A stretch of 64,000 nucleotides of DNA from Candidatus Jorgensenbacteria bacterium (GCA_043807585.1 JAZDFV010000001.1:46590-110589), one strand, 5' to 3'. Shown: positions 37,389-47,156, counted from the first letter of the stretch. The notes: generated by a model not told the origin, from the letters alone. Translations and numbers: made by a program.

Positions 37389-39506
37389 CTCGTTTTCATT
37401 GAGGTAGACGTCCCGCGGCTTCGCTCCTTCGCCGGGACCTATCGCTCCCTGTTCTTCCATGATATCCAGGAGCCGCGCCGCGCGCGCGTAGCCGACCTTG
37501 AGGCGCCGCTGGAGAAGCGAGGCGGATGCTTTTTTCGCGCTCCGCACGAGTGCCACCGCCTCGGAGAGGAGCGGGTCTTCGTCACTTCCCTCCCCGCCCG
37601 CAACCGCTTCAAAGGGAGAGGTAGGTGCTTCTGCAGGTCCGACCTCCCCTGCCTGCACAGGCAGACCGTTCGCTGATGCGATTTCCACCGTTTCCTCCGG
37701 CGCCTCGTTGTGTTCGCAGATGAAATCCACCACTTTTTTCACCTCCTCCTCGGAAATGTAGCTCCCCTGAAGTCGAGTTGGTTTGGATTTTTCCGCGGAG
37801 ACGTAGAGGAGGTCGCCGCGGCCCAAGAGTTTCTCGGCGCCCCCGGTGTCCAGGATGGTACGCGAGTCCACTTGGCTCGCCACCTGGAGGGCGACGCGGG
37901 TGGTGATGTTCGCTTTGATGAGGCCGGTGATGACCTCCACCGAGGGCCGCTGCGTTGAAACTACCAAGTGAATGCCGGTGGCTCTGGACATCTGTGCCAG
38001 GCGGATGATGTACCCCTCCACCTCGCGCCCGAAGGTGGTCATGAGGTCGGCGAGTTCGTCAACCACCGTCACGATGTAGGGAATCGGTTCCGCGGCATTC
38101 TTGTTGTAACCCCTGATGTCGCGCGCCCCCGCCTTCAGAAGCAACCCGTAGCGGCGGTCCATCTCATGGATGAGCCACCGTAGCGCCCCCAGTGCCCTCT
38201 TGTTCTCCGTCACGACCGGCGCGATGAGATGCGGGATGCCGTCGTAGACCGAAAGCTCCACCCGTTTCGGGTCCACTAGGATGAGGCGGAGCATCTCGGG
38301 CGAATTTTTGTAGAGAAGCGAGATGAGGAGCGCGTGGATGGCGATGGATTTCCCCGAGCCGGTAGCGCCGGCGAAAAGGAGGTGCGGCATGCGATCGATG
38401 TTGGGGAAAATTGGTTCCCCCTGCACGTTCCGTCCCAGTGCGAAGGTGAGCGACTCCCCTTTCTGGAACTCGGGGTAGAGGAACAAACTCCCGAGGCGCA
38501 CCACGGCGGCCGCTTTGTTTGGAACCTCAATTCCCACGAGTGATTTCCCGGGGATTGGCGCTTCAATGCGGATTGGGTGGGCGGCGAGGGCGAGTGAGAG
38601 GTCGGACCCGAGCGCGGTAATTCGGGAAAGTTTCACCCCCTCCGCCGGTTTCAGGGTGAAGCGGGTGACCGTGGGGCCCACGTTCACCTCCCCCATCTCC
38701 ACGGGGATGCCGAAACTCTCCAAGGTGCGTTTGATGATGTTTGCGTTCGCCTGGAGGTCGCCGATGGTAGGTTTCTCCACCGAGGAGATGAGGAGCGAGA
38801 GGGGCGGCGCCACGTAGTTCCTGATTGGGCGTGTGCGTGCCTTCTGTGCTGGTGCCGTGGTAAACTCGGCGACCACTTCCATTGCGCGTTCTTTTTTCGC
38901 TTCCTCCCGTTTCTCCTTTGACGATCTTGACGATTCCCCTCCCGGTTCCGGGGGCAGTTTGATCTCCAGTTTCTCGCCCAGTTCCTCATCCATCTTGCGG
39001 AGCTTGCGCAGGCGTCCTAGCGAGAAGGGGCGGTTCACCGCCACAAGGAACGAAGCTACAAGAATGGTTCCAGTGATGACGAGCGAGGCGGGAATGCCGA
39101 ACGGATCCTGCAGACCACCAATGCCTACCCCCACCAAGCCGCCCTTCCCCGGTGCGACGATGTCAATGAAACCGAGGGCGGCGAGGATAAAGAGGGATGC
39201 CCCCACGAGCGTGATGCCCCAGAAGCGCCGTGGCTCCGGTGAGAGGAACGAGAGTCCCAGGATGAGCGCGGTGAGTGGAAGGAGGTAGTAACCCCACCCG
39301 AAAAGTTTCTCAAAAAAACGAAAGAACGCGCCGCCCCATGGACCTGCCTGCCCGACGGCGGCGAGGATGAATACTACAGTTAGGCTGAAGCACAAGAGTG
39401 CGGCTACGTGCCGTTTCGTATCCGGGTGGAGCTCAACGCGCGTCTCGCGCGTTTCCTCTTGCTCGTTCTCGTCTCTCCGCGGCCGCCCGCGTTTCCGTTT
39501 TGCCAT
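37380..39506 (-). CDS. ftsK: DNA translocase FtsK
   Basis: 4TM N-terminus, GATGSGKS, DPKRVEL, VDELAD, STQRPS, gamma domain LQRRLKVGYARAAR. Confidence 0.97.
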   Translation of the reverse strand: MAKRKRGRPRRDENEQEETRETRVELHPDTKRHVAALLCFSLTVVFILAAVGQAGPWGGAFFRFFEKLFGWGYYLLPLTALILGLSFLSPEPRRFWGITLVGASLFILAALGFIDIVAPGKGGLVGVGIGGLQDPFGIPASLVITGTILVASFLVAVNRPFSLGRLRKLRKMDEELGEKLEIKLPPEPGGESSRSSKEKREEAKKERAMEVVAEFTTAPAQKARTRPIRNYVAPPLSLLISSVEKPTIGDLQANANIIKRTLESFGIPVEMGEVNVGPTVTRFTLKPAEGVKLSRITALGSDLSLALAAHPIRIEAPIPGKSLVGIEVPNKAAAVVRLGSLFLYPEFQKGESLTFALGRNVQGEPIFPNIDRMPHLLFAGATGSGKSIAIHALLISLLYKNSPEMLRLILVDPKRVELSVYDGIPHLIAPVVTENKRALGALRWLIHEMDRRYGLLLKAGARDIRGYNKNAAEPIPYIVTVVDELADLMTTFGREVEGYIIRLAQMSRATGIHLVVSTQRPSVEVITGLIKANITTRVALQVASQVDSRTILDTGGAEKLLGRGDLLYVSAEKSKPTRLQGSYISEEEVKKVVDFICEHNEAPEETVEIASANGLPVQAGEVGPAEAPTSPFEAVAGGEGSDEDPLLSEAVALVRSAKKASASLLQRRLKVGYARAARLLDIMEEQGAIGPGEGAKPRDVYLNENESR

Positions 39507-39648
39507 CGTCCCTTTATTTAACGTGAAACTGCGCTAAAATTCAATTGAGAAAATTACATTGACAGGAAAATAGTTTTCTTTTACAATCGTATTCAGAATA
39601 GATTTTAACAAACGGCGGTTTTATCACTCACCATAACGGAGGTGGCTC

Positions 39649-40116
39649 ATGAAACAACTACAGTGGTGGTTTCTTTTCGCTTCGAAGCTTCTGGGAATCG
39701 TGGTGGCAGTGCTTCTGGTGTTCGCGGCGTTGCGGGCGATGGTGCGCGATCCAGATGGTGTGGCCTGTCTCCTGCTTGCTGTGGCAGCATCATTCTTCGC
39801 CTTTTGTTTTGCGAAGAATGAAGTGAGAGGGGTTTTCGGATTCTTCCCAATGTTAGTGGTGGCGTGGATGCTCGCCGCGGTGTGTTCGTGGCTCGGTTCT
39901 GAGGTTCTCAAGATATTCCTAGGAATCTCGACATTTTCCAATTTCAGCGTCTGCTTTGCGGCACTCGCGATGTGCATCTCCTTTGATGTGTTCCGTGGGG
40001 AACCAGAGGAGACGCAGAGCAAGGGATCTGGATGGTTTGGGAGTACGGGCATTGCCATAGGCGCGCAGATAGTCTCAGGTTGGGTCGCGGTGTTTTGGGT
40101 AGACGGCCTCTTCTGA
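39649..40116 (+). CDS. Accessory polytopic membrane protein
   Basis: About 5 TMs; TTGACA/TACAAT promoter, GGAGG SD, downstream hairpin. Confidence 0.75.
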   Translation: MKQLQWWFLFASKLLGIVVAVLLVFAALRAMVRDPDGVACLLLAVAASFFAFCFAKNEVRGVFGFFPMLVVAWMLAAVCSWLGSEVLKIFLGISTFSNFSVCFAALAMCISFDVFRGEPEETQSKGSGWFGSTGIAIGAQIVSGWVAVFWVDGLF

Positions 40117-40178
40117 AGCCATCCGCCGATGTTTAGAGAACGGCCTCCTCGGGATAACCTTGGGGGCTGTTGTTTTAT

Positions 40179-40316
40179 CCGGAAGACCCGGAAAACCGGG
40201 AAAAACAGGAAAACCGGTTAAACTGATAAATCTGTTAAACTGATAAATCAGATAATGCGATGAAACCTACATGTGTAGGTTTAATGCGGTTATTGAGTAA
40301 TGCGATGAAACCTACA
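40179..40316. repeat. Degenerate 9-mer tandem array plus palindrome AAACCTACA-TG-TGTAGGTTT and repeated half-site
   Basis: CCGGAAGAC/CCGGAAAAC...CTGATAAAT units; TAATGCGATGAAACCTACA occurs twice. Confidence 0.7.
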
Positions 40317-40480
40317 CTTTTTAAAATTTGATGTAAATTTTGTTTATTTTCAAACACTTTGAAACAAAAAACGACCCTCATCTTACAATTCCGGCCAAAT
40401 TTTCTGACCTCGTTAATGAGATAATTTTAGTGAGTTGGGAGGGAAAAACACGATTTGGCAATTCCTGTATAATTCAAAAG

Positions 40481-40867
40481 ATGGGAACGAAGCGTTCCGT
40501 GCTCGGACAATTGGGAGAAGAGGCCGCGGCACGGTATCTGTCGCAAAAGAAATACCGTATCATTGTGCGGAATTTCAGGCGTTCCTTCGGGGAATTGGAC
40601 ATTGTGGCGATGGCGCCGGATAAGACCCTTGTGTTCGTGGAGGTGAAGACCACCACACCTGGGCGGTTTAAACCGGAAGATCAGATGACCAAAGCAAAGC
40701 TCACGAAATTCAAGCGAGCCGCATCGCTCTATGCGGGCGCGCATCAGAAACTCATCAAGGACAAGAAGGGCTGGCGGCTGGACCTCGTGGCACTCGTTTA
40801 TGAATCCGCTTGTGCGGGCAGGCCAGCCGGTTTCCGCGTCCGCCATTATGAAAATATATTCCTATAA
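40481..40867 (+). CDS. YraN family PD-(D/E)xK nuclease
   Basis: GQLGEEAA, GELDIVA, LVFVEVKT, RLDLVA. Confidence 0.9.
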   Translation: MGTKRSVLGQLGEEAAARYLSQKKYRIIVRNFRRSFGELDIVAMAPDKTLVFVEVKTTTPGRFKPEDQMTKAKLTKFKRAASLYAGAHQKLIKDKKGWRLDLVALVYESACAGRPAGFRVRHYENIFL

Positions 40868-40922
40868 AGAAAATGTCCCCGTTTGTTTCGATCGATTAGT
40901 GATTAATTAATCGTGAATTCTC

Positions 40923-40960
40923 TTACTACACCAATTGACGGTCGGAAATTGGTGTAGTAA
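40923..40960. promoter_or_regulatory. Palindrome upstream of the PaaX-like gene
   Basis: TTACTACACCAATT-GACGGTCGGA-AATTGGTGTAGTAA. Confidence 0.75.
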
Positions 40961-40996
40961 CTTGAAATAGGGTTGGGAGACGGGTGAGGGAAAAAC

Positions 40997-41584
40997 ATGA
41001 GGCACGGAGAGGCAATTCCAAAAATTCTTGAGATCTTACAGGCAGGCGCAGAGGCGAGCGCCGGGCTCTTTGATGCGTTTACTTCCGGCTACGGGGCTTC
41101 GTATCGAAAATTTTCGCGCATGGCGCAGAGCGGCCCCGCGCGATTTAAAACGGATTGGGCAGAATCTTATCGTGAACACCAAAAATTCTATACACTCCTC
41201 AATAAATTAAAGCGCGATGGTTTGGTGGTGAACGAGGGAAAGCAGCGAGCGGCTATCTGGAAGATCACAGAGAGGGGAGTTGCAAAATTAAAACAAAGAA
41301 AGAAAAGGGTACATTTGATTTCTACTCCGCCCGTGTACGGAGGAGGGAAGGGAGAAAAGTTGTATGTTATTTCTTACGATATCCCCGAGCGGGAGCGGCA
41401 CAAACGTGCCTGGCTCCGCGCGGCGCTTCTCTCGCTCGGTTTTTCGCCGCTCCAAGAGAGCGTGTGGGTAGGGAAGCGACTGATTCCCGAGGATTTCATT
41501 CACGATCTCCGTGAATGGGATATAGTGCGCTACGTGCACATTTTTGAGGTGAGCAAGAGCGGAACCCTCACCCCGTTTAAATAA
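40997..41584 (+). CDS. PaaX-like wHTH plus Cas2-like-fold regulator
   Basis: L.KLKRDGLV...WKITERG wHTH; ISYDIPE..R.KR.WLR..L..LGF..LQESVW. Confidence 0.85.
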   Translation: MRHGEAIPKILEILQAGAEASAGLFDAFTSGYGASYRKFSRMAQSGPARFKTDWAESYREHQKFYTLLNKLKRDGLVVNEGKQRAAIWKITERGVAKLKQRKKRVHLISTPPVYGGGKGEKLYVISYDIPERERHKRAWLRAALLSLGFSPLQESVWVGKRLIPEDFIHDLREWDIVRYVHIFEVSKSGTLTPFK

Positions 41585-41644
41585 ACTCTCCGCTTTTCTT
41601 TCCGCCATATTCTTTCTTTTCTCACAAATTGTCACAAAACGTTC

Positions 41645-41682
41645 TTACTACACCAACTAACGGTCGGAAATTGGTGCAGTAA
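41645..41682. promoter_or_regulatory. Second copy of the PaaX-flanking palindrome, same orientation
   Basis: TTACTACACCAACTAACGGTCGGAAATTGGTGCAGTAA. Confidence 0.75.
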
Positions 41683-41847
41683 GGGGAAAAAGGGAATTAT
41701 TGTATCGAGCTTTAGGGTATAAAAAACGGCGGACCCTGAGCCCCGCCATTTTAATGAGAGAAAGCACCGCTCCATACGTTGTTAATGGATGCTGTTTCAT
41801 TACCCTTCGTTTTTGCCCGTTTTTCCAGTAACATAATCAATATTCAA

Positions 41848-43992
41848 ATGCTTGAGACGCGATACGATTCCAGGACGCTGGAAGCGAGGATCTATAAGTT
41901 GTGGGAGCAATCCGGTTATTTCAACCCGGATAACCTGCCTGTAAAAAAATCGGCCAAAAACTACATCGTTTACATGCCCCTCCCCAACGTGACGGGGTCG
42001 CTCCACATGGGGCATCTTTTGAACAATGCCATTCAGGACGTGCTTGTTCGTTACGAACGCATGCGCGGGAAGAGGGCGCTCTACCTCCCCGGCACGGACC
42101 ACGCAGGCATCGCGACGCAATATGTCGTCGAGAAAGAGCTCAAGAAGCAGGGGATAAATCGCTGGGAGCTCGGGCGTGAGAAATTCATAGAGAAAGTATG
42201 GGAGTGGAAAAAGCAGTACGGAGGTGTCATTTTCGACCAACTCAAGAAGATCGGTATCTCGGCGGATTGGTCGCGCGTCCGCTTTACCATGGACTCCGCA
42301 TATACCAAGGACGTTCTTGAGGCATTCGTCCATTACCACAAAAAGGGCTTGCTCTATCGCGGGTTCCGCACCGTGAACTGGTGCCCCAGGGACGGGACGA
42401 GTTTATCCGAACTCGAGCTTGAATATAAGGACGAGAAAACGTCGCTTTGGTTTATACGCTATAGCGGGCTCATTGTTGCGACGACGAGGCCGGAAACAAT
42501 GCTCGGGGATACCGCGGTCGCGGTGAACCCTCGGGACAAGCGCTATGCGAAATGGATCGGTGGGAAGGTGACACTCCCAATAGAGAACAGGGAGATACCG
42601 GTTATCGCCGACGATGCAATAGATCCCGAGTTCGGAACGGGCGCGGTGAAGGTGACGCCTGCGCACGACATCGCCGACTTCGAGATCGGTGTGCGCCACA
42701 AACTCCCTACGATACAGGTCATCGACGAACGCGGAAAGATGAATGCGCGAGCGGGGGAATATGCGGGTATGAAAGCGGAGGACGCGCGGGAAAAGATAGT
42801 TGAGAGGCTTGAGCGTGAAGGACTTTTGGAAAAAGCCGAGCCATACGAACACCGCGTCGCGGTTTGCTATCGGTGTGGTGCGACGATAGAACCGCTTCCG
42901 TCATCGCAGTGGTTTTTGAAGATGGAGGGCCTTGCAAAGGAGGCGCTCGGGGCGGTGAGGAGCGAGAAAGTGAAGATATGGCCGAAGAATTTTGAGCGTC
43001 CGTACCGCGATTGGCTCTCGAACATCCGCGACTGGACGGTATCGCGTCAGATATGGTGGGGGCACCAGTTACCTGTTTGGTTCTGTAAAAACCAAACAGG
43101 AATTTCTAGTGACAAATTTCTGATTTCTAAACCGAAAGAGGAGCAGTTCGTGGTCGCATTGGAGAAACCGAAAACGTGTCCGTTCTGTAGAAATTGCGAC
43201 ATGGAACAGTCGCCCGACGTATTGGACACGTGGTTCTCGTCCGCGCTCTGGCCGTTCGCGGGTTTCTCCGAAGACGATCTCAAAAAGTATTATCCAGGAA
43301 GCGCACTCATCACCGCGCGCGACATTCTGAATTTGTGGGTCGCGCGAATGATATTTTCCGGCCTTGAGTTCAGGAAGAAACTGCCGTTCGCTAACGTGTT
43401 CATACACGGGACCATTTTGACGAAAGATGGGAAGCGCATGTCCAAAAGCTTAGGCACGGGCATCGATCCGCTCCGTTGCATAGAGCGGTACGGGGCGGAT
43501 GCCGCGCGCTTCGCGGCGATCTGGCAGGCCACCGGGCAAGACATCCGTTGGGACGAGGCGGCGGCCGTCGCGGGCATGAAATTCTGCACCAAGATTTGGA
43601 ACGCGGCGCGGTTCGTCATCGCGCACGTGCCGGCGAAGGCGTTCGCGGCGAAGGCGCGCCCCCGCGGGATTACGGCGGCGGACAGAACGATCCTCAAGAA
43701 ACTTTCGGCGGCTACCTCGCAAACCGAAGGGCTCATTGGAACGTTCGCATTCAGCAAAGCGCTCCGCGGGCTCTATGATTTTTTCTGGCATGAGTTTTGC
43801 GATATATACGTGGAACGATCAAAAAAGCAGCTCGCCGACGGGAAGCTCAAGAAGAACACCGAGATTATGCTCGCGTACGTGCTTTTCTCGTCGCTGAAGC
43901 TGCTCCATCCGTTCCTGCCGTTCGTGACAGAAGCGCTCTATCAGGAACTCCCGCGGCGGGAGCGTGAATTCCTCATGATCGCGCCATGGTGA
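41848..43992 (+). CDS. valS: Valine--tRNA ligase (short form)
   Basis: PNVTGSLHMGH, DHAGIATQ, TTRPET, SRQIWWGH, DTWFSS, RMSKS. Confidence 0.97.
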   Translation: MLETRYDSRTLEARIYKLWEQSGYFNPDNLPVKKSAKNYIVYMPLPNVTGSLHMGHLLNNAIQDVLVRYERMRGKRALYLPGTDHAGIATQYVVEKELKKQGINRWELGREKFIEKVWEWKKQYGGVIFDQLKKIGISADWSRVRFTMDSAYTKDVLEAFVHYHKKGLLYRGFRTVNWCPRDGTSLSELELEYKDEKTSLWFIRYSGLIVATTRPETMLGDTAVAVNPRDKRYAKWIGGKVTLPIENREIPVIADDAIDPEFGTGAVKVTPAHDIADFEIGVRHKLPTIQVIDERGKMNARAGEYAGMKAEDAREKIVERLEREGLLEKAEPYEHRVAVCYRCGATIEPLPSSQWFLKMEGLAKEALGAVRSEKVKIWPKNFERPYRDWLSNIRDWTVSRQIWWGHQLPVWFCKNQTGISSDKFLISKPKEEQFVVALEKPKTCPFCRNCDMEQSPDVLDTWFSSALWPFAGFSEDDLKKYYPGSALITARDILNLWVARMIFSGLEFRKKLPFANVFIHGTILTKDGKRMSKSLGTGIDPLRCIERYGADAARFAAIWQATGQDIRWDEAAAVAGMKFCTKIWNAARFVIAHVPAKAFAAKARPRGITAADRTILKKLSAATSQTEGLIGTFAFSKALRGLYDFFWHEFCDIYVERSKKQLADGKLKKNTEIMLAYVLFSSLKLLHPFLPFVTEALYQELPRREREFLMIAPW

Positions 43993-44696
43993 CAAGTGTT
44001 CTAGCGGCTCTTATCGCTTTCGCGCCGGCCCTGGTCTGGCTCGCGTTCTTCCTCCGAGAGGACGTTCACCCGGAGCCGAAAAAGTGGCTCACCATCGCGT
44101 TTTTTGCGGGTGCGCTCGCTTCCGTCCCCGTCTTCTTCCTCCAGTGGGGCGCGCAGGAGGCGGTGGGAAAATGGGGAGGGGGAGCGCTTTTTCTTGTGCT
44201 GGCGTTCGCCCTCGCTGAGGAGATGTTCAAATTCCTCTCCGCGTACCTTGTGGTTCGGAAGAATCCGGTCTTCGACGAGCCGATAGATGCCATGATCTAC
44301 CTCGTGGTGGCGGCACTCGGGTTTGCCACGGTGGAGAACGTGTTCGTTATGAACGGCATGGCGAGCGTACGCGCGTCCTTCGGCGATTTCCTCGCGGCGG
44401 GGACCCCGCTCTACACGCTCTCGCTCCGCCTCGTGGGCGCCACGCTTCTCCACGCGCTCTCATCGGCGCTCGTGGGATACTACTGGGCGCGGGGGCTCGC
44501 GAAGGGTACCGCGGTTGGACGCTTTGTGGTGTTCGGCATCGTGGCGGCCACCTTGCTCCACGCGTTTTTCAACTACCTTGTCACGATGTTCCAGGAGGCC
44601 AATCTCATCTTCCCCACGCTCTTCCTCGTGGCGGTAGGGTTCTTTATCCTCGCCGATTTTGAGAAGGTGCGGATGCGTGGCGGACCGAGGGTGTGA
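43986..44696 (+). CDS. PrsW family intramembrane metalloprotease
   Basis: PEP, EE..K, FDEP.D, GFA..EN, H and H..FN motifs. Confidence 0.9.
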   Translation: MVTSVLAALIAFAPALVWLAFFLREDVHPEPKKWLTIAFFAGALASVPVFFLQWGAQEAVGKWGGGALFLVLAFALAEEMFKFLSAYLVVRKNPVFDEPIDAMIYLVVAALGFATVENVFVMNGMASVRASFGDFLAAGTPLYTLSLRLVGATLLHALSSALVGYYWARGLAKGTAVGRFVVFGIVAATLLHAFFNYLVTMFQEANLIFPTLFLVAVGFFILADFEKVRMRGGPRV

Positions 44697-44713
44697 TATA
44701 CTGTAGATATGGA

Positions 44714-44831
44714 TCCCGTTAGAGACAATTGAAATAACTACCATGCAATCCATTATTTATAAGAGTAAAATAACAACGGAGAAAAAGTCGCTTTTTTTAC
44801 GGTCGTCTATGACGACCTGTCTCTAACGGGA
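44714..44831. mobile_element. TCCCGTTAGA-family element with TGGA target duplication
   Basis: TGGA[TCCCGTTAGAGACA...TGTCTCTAACGGGA]TGGA. Confidence 0.78.
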
Positions 44832-45298
44832 TGGAAGAAAAATCGAAGGATAACTCATCGGACGTGTTTGCGGAGCTCGCAAAGGTGAGGAGCTCCCCTA
44901 CGCCGCTTAAGATAGAGGTGGCGGATACTCCTCCTCCGCTCACGGAGGAGATAGAAGACGAAAGCGAGGGCCAGCTCACGGTGGACGTGTATCGCAACGG
45001 GAACGACACCATCGTGGTGCAGTCCACGGTCGCGGGGGTGAACCCCGAGGATTTGGAGATCAACATCACGAACGAATCAGTGACCATCCGAGGCGCCCGC
45101 GGGAGGACGGAAAAGGTGGAAGATAAGGACTACTTCTATCAGGAATGTTTCTGGGGCAAGTTCTCGCGGTCCGTCATTCTGCCCTTTGAAGTGGACCCGG
45201 AGAAATCAACCGCCACGGTCCGGAACGGCGTGCTCACTGTCCGCCTCCCGCGCCTGAACCGCCAAAAAGTAAAGAAATTGAAGGTCAAAACCGATTAG
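44831..45298 (+). CDS. Hsp20/alpha-crystallin small heat-shock protein
   Basis: GQLTVDVY, ECFWGKFSRSVILP, NGVLTVRLP. Confidence 0.92.
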   Translation: MEEKSKDNSSDVFAELAKVRSSPTPLKIEVADTPPPLTEEIEDESEGQLTVDVYRNGNDTIVVQSTVAGVNPEDLEINITNESVTIRGARGRTEKVEDKDYFYQECFWGKFSRSVILPFEVDPEKSTATVRNGVLTVRLPRLNRQKVKKLKVKTD

Positions 45299-45330
45299 GC
45301 ACAGAGCGGAAAATGTAAGAACCCCTTCCG

Positions 45331-45681
45331 TTAGGCTGGTTGGGGTTCTTTTTGTGCTGCGACACGTAGGCGTGCAGCTATATCGGGAATTTCTTTCCCT
45401 TCTTGCAAGAGTCGGAGGATCGTTTGGGCATCGTCCCAATCGATTGGCACACCGAGGATTTCCTCAATGTGGTCCTTAGTACGGACGATTTCCCATTCGT
45501 GCGTACCGACGTTCCGTTGGAGTTCCATTCCTTCGCACAGTGCTTCAAGCATTGCGTCCTCCCCGATTTGTTGCACGTTGCAATTCTCGAGGATAGCCTT
45601 TACTTTGCCAGCGGCATCGAGTGACTCATTCGCTCGTTCAGGAAATAGTTCCCGAAACGTTCGGTCAATCATATCAGGCAT
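45331..45681 (-). CDS. Hypothetical protein
   Basis: GAGG SD; fills the gap downstream of murD. Confidence 0.6.
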   Translation of the reverse strand: MPDMIDRTFRELFPERANESLDAAGKVKAILENCNVQQIGEDAMLEALCEGMELQRNVGTHEWEIVRTKDHIEEILGVPIDWDDAQTILRLLQEGKEIPDIAARLRVAAQKEPQPA

Positions 45682-45716
45682 GGCTTACCTCGTATAGTTG
45701 GTGGAAAGGGTCTTAT

Positions 45717-47156
45717 CTACCTCCAGTATAGGTTGAATTTCCTCCCGCGGTCAAACTCGTTTCTGAACTTTTCAAAGCTCGCGGCGCCGGGGGAGAAAAG
45801 GACGAAGGAAGACGTGTCCTGCCTCACCTTTTCCTTCACCGCGCGGATGAGGGAGGGGAGCTCCTCAAAAAGCTGTGGATAAGATTTTCCGAAGTAGCCG
45901 ACCCTCCTGAGCGCCCGCACCATCTTTTTGGTGGCGCTCCCGCCGAGGAGGAAAAGGCGCTCCGGTTTCACGCGGCGCTTCACGGCGCGGGCCCATCCGT
46001 TGAATTCCAGTTTTTTGTCCGTGCCGCCCGCGATGAGGATGAGATTTTTGTTTTTGAAGCGGGCAAGCGCCGCGATGGTCCCGTCAGGCGAGGTGGCGGC
46101 GGTGTCGTTCACCACCGTGAGATGCTTTCGCGTCACAATGAACTCCTGCCGGAAGGGAATTTGCGGGAGCGTGGGGATACGCCTCCGGATTTCTGGCCAC
46201 GGGATTCCCAAGAGATGCGCTGCGAGCATCGCCGCAAGGAGATTCCGAAGGTTGTGGGTGCCCTGTGGTGCGAATGCACGCACTGCACGAGCATTCAAAA
46301 CCTCCGTCTTCAATTTTCGGAAGTCCGACTTCCGAAAATTAGAGAGAACGCGATTGTGGGAGAGGTAGATGCCATCGCGGTTTCCGGGGAGCGGTTTCAG
46401 CGAGAAAAAGTACGTTGCACTCTTCAGTTTCCGCTTGAGGAAGAATGGCGTCCACTCATCCTCGGCGTTCAGGATGAGCGACTGCGTTTTTTTCTGGCGC
46501 GCGAAGATGTTTGCCTTCGCGCGCGCGTAATCGTTCATCCCGCGGTAGCGGTTAAGGTGGTCGGGGTAGAGATTTGTGATTATGGCGATATCGGGGCCGC
46601 GGCGGGCGCGGTCTACCTGCTCAAGCTGCCACGAGGAAAGCTCAACGACCGCGGGAATTTTGGTACTCACCAGCCGGTCGATCACGGAGAGGAGCGGCAT
46701 CTCGGGAGTGTTCCCAGCCGCCACCGCGCTCAGGTGGCGGCCTTTCATGAAGTGAGCGATCCAGTTCGTGGTGGTGGTTTTTCCCCGCGTGCCGGTCACC
46801 GCCACGACGGGATTCCGGACGAGGTCGAGGAATATCTTTGCGTCGTTCGTGATATCATTTCCGGCACGGCGCGCAATTTTCAAAAACTTACTCTCTCGGG
46901 GCACCGCCGGGTTCACTACGATAAGATCGTGCGTTTTAAAATCGCCCGGGCGGTGATGGCCAAGAACGAACTTCACCTTTTTCGCGCTTGTGCCGAGCGC
47001 GCGAATGGAAACCGCGAGCTCGCGCCGTGTACGGAGATCGGTCACGGTGACTTTCGCGCCGTGCTTCACGAACCACTTCGTGGTCGCGACTCCGCCTCCC
47101 AAAACCCCTAGACCCATCACGAGGACTTTTTTGTCTTTGAATTCTCCAGCGCGCAT
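45717..47156 (-). CDS. murD: UDP-MurNAc-L-Ala--D-Glu ligase
   Basis: KKVLVMGLG, VTGTRGKTTT, ELSSWQL, DHLNRY, IAGG.DK, SPGAASF, RG..F. Confidence 0.95.
   Translation of the reverse strand: MRAGEFKDKKVLVMGLGVLGGGVATTKWFVKHGAKVTVTDLRTRRELAVSIRALGTSAKKVKFVLGHHRPGDFKTHDLIVVNPAVPRESKFLKIARRAGNDITNDAKIFLDLVRNPVVAVTGTRGKTTTTNWIAHFMKGRHLSAVAAGNTPEMPLLSVIDRLVSTKIPAVVELSSWQLEQVDRARRGPDIAIITNLYPDHLNRYRGMNDYARAKANIFARQKKTQSLILNAEDEWTPFFLKRKLKSATYFFSLKPLPGNRDGIYLSHNRVLSNFRKSDFRKLKTEVLNARAVRAFAPQGTHNLRNLLAAMLAAHLLGIPWPEIRRRIPTLPQIPFRQEFIVTRKHLTVVNDTAATSPDGTIAALARFKNKNLILIAGGTDKKLEFNGWARAVKRRVKPERLFLLGGSATKKMVRALRRVGYFGKSYPQLFEELPSLIRAVKEKVRQDTSSFVLFSPGAASFEKFRNEFDRGRKFNLYWR

Noticed and set aside
40997-41584. 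CRISPR-Cas locus suggested by the Cas2-like YDIPE...LQESVW domain
   Set aside because: The domain is fused to a wHTH as in PaaX-like regulators. There is no cas1 and no regularly spaced repeat-spacer array in the window.
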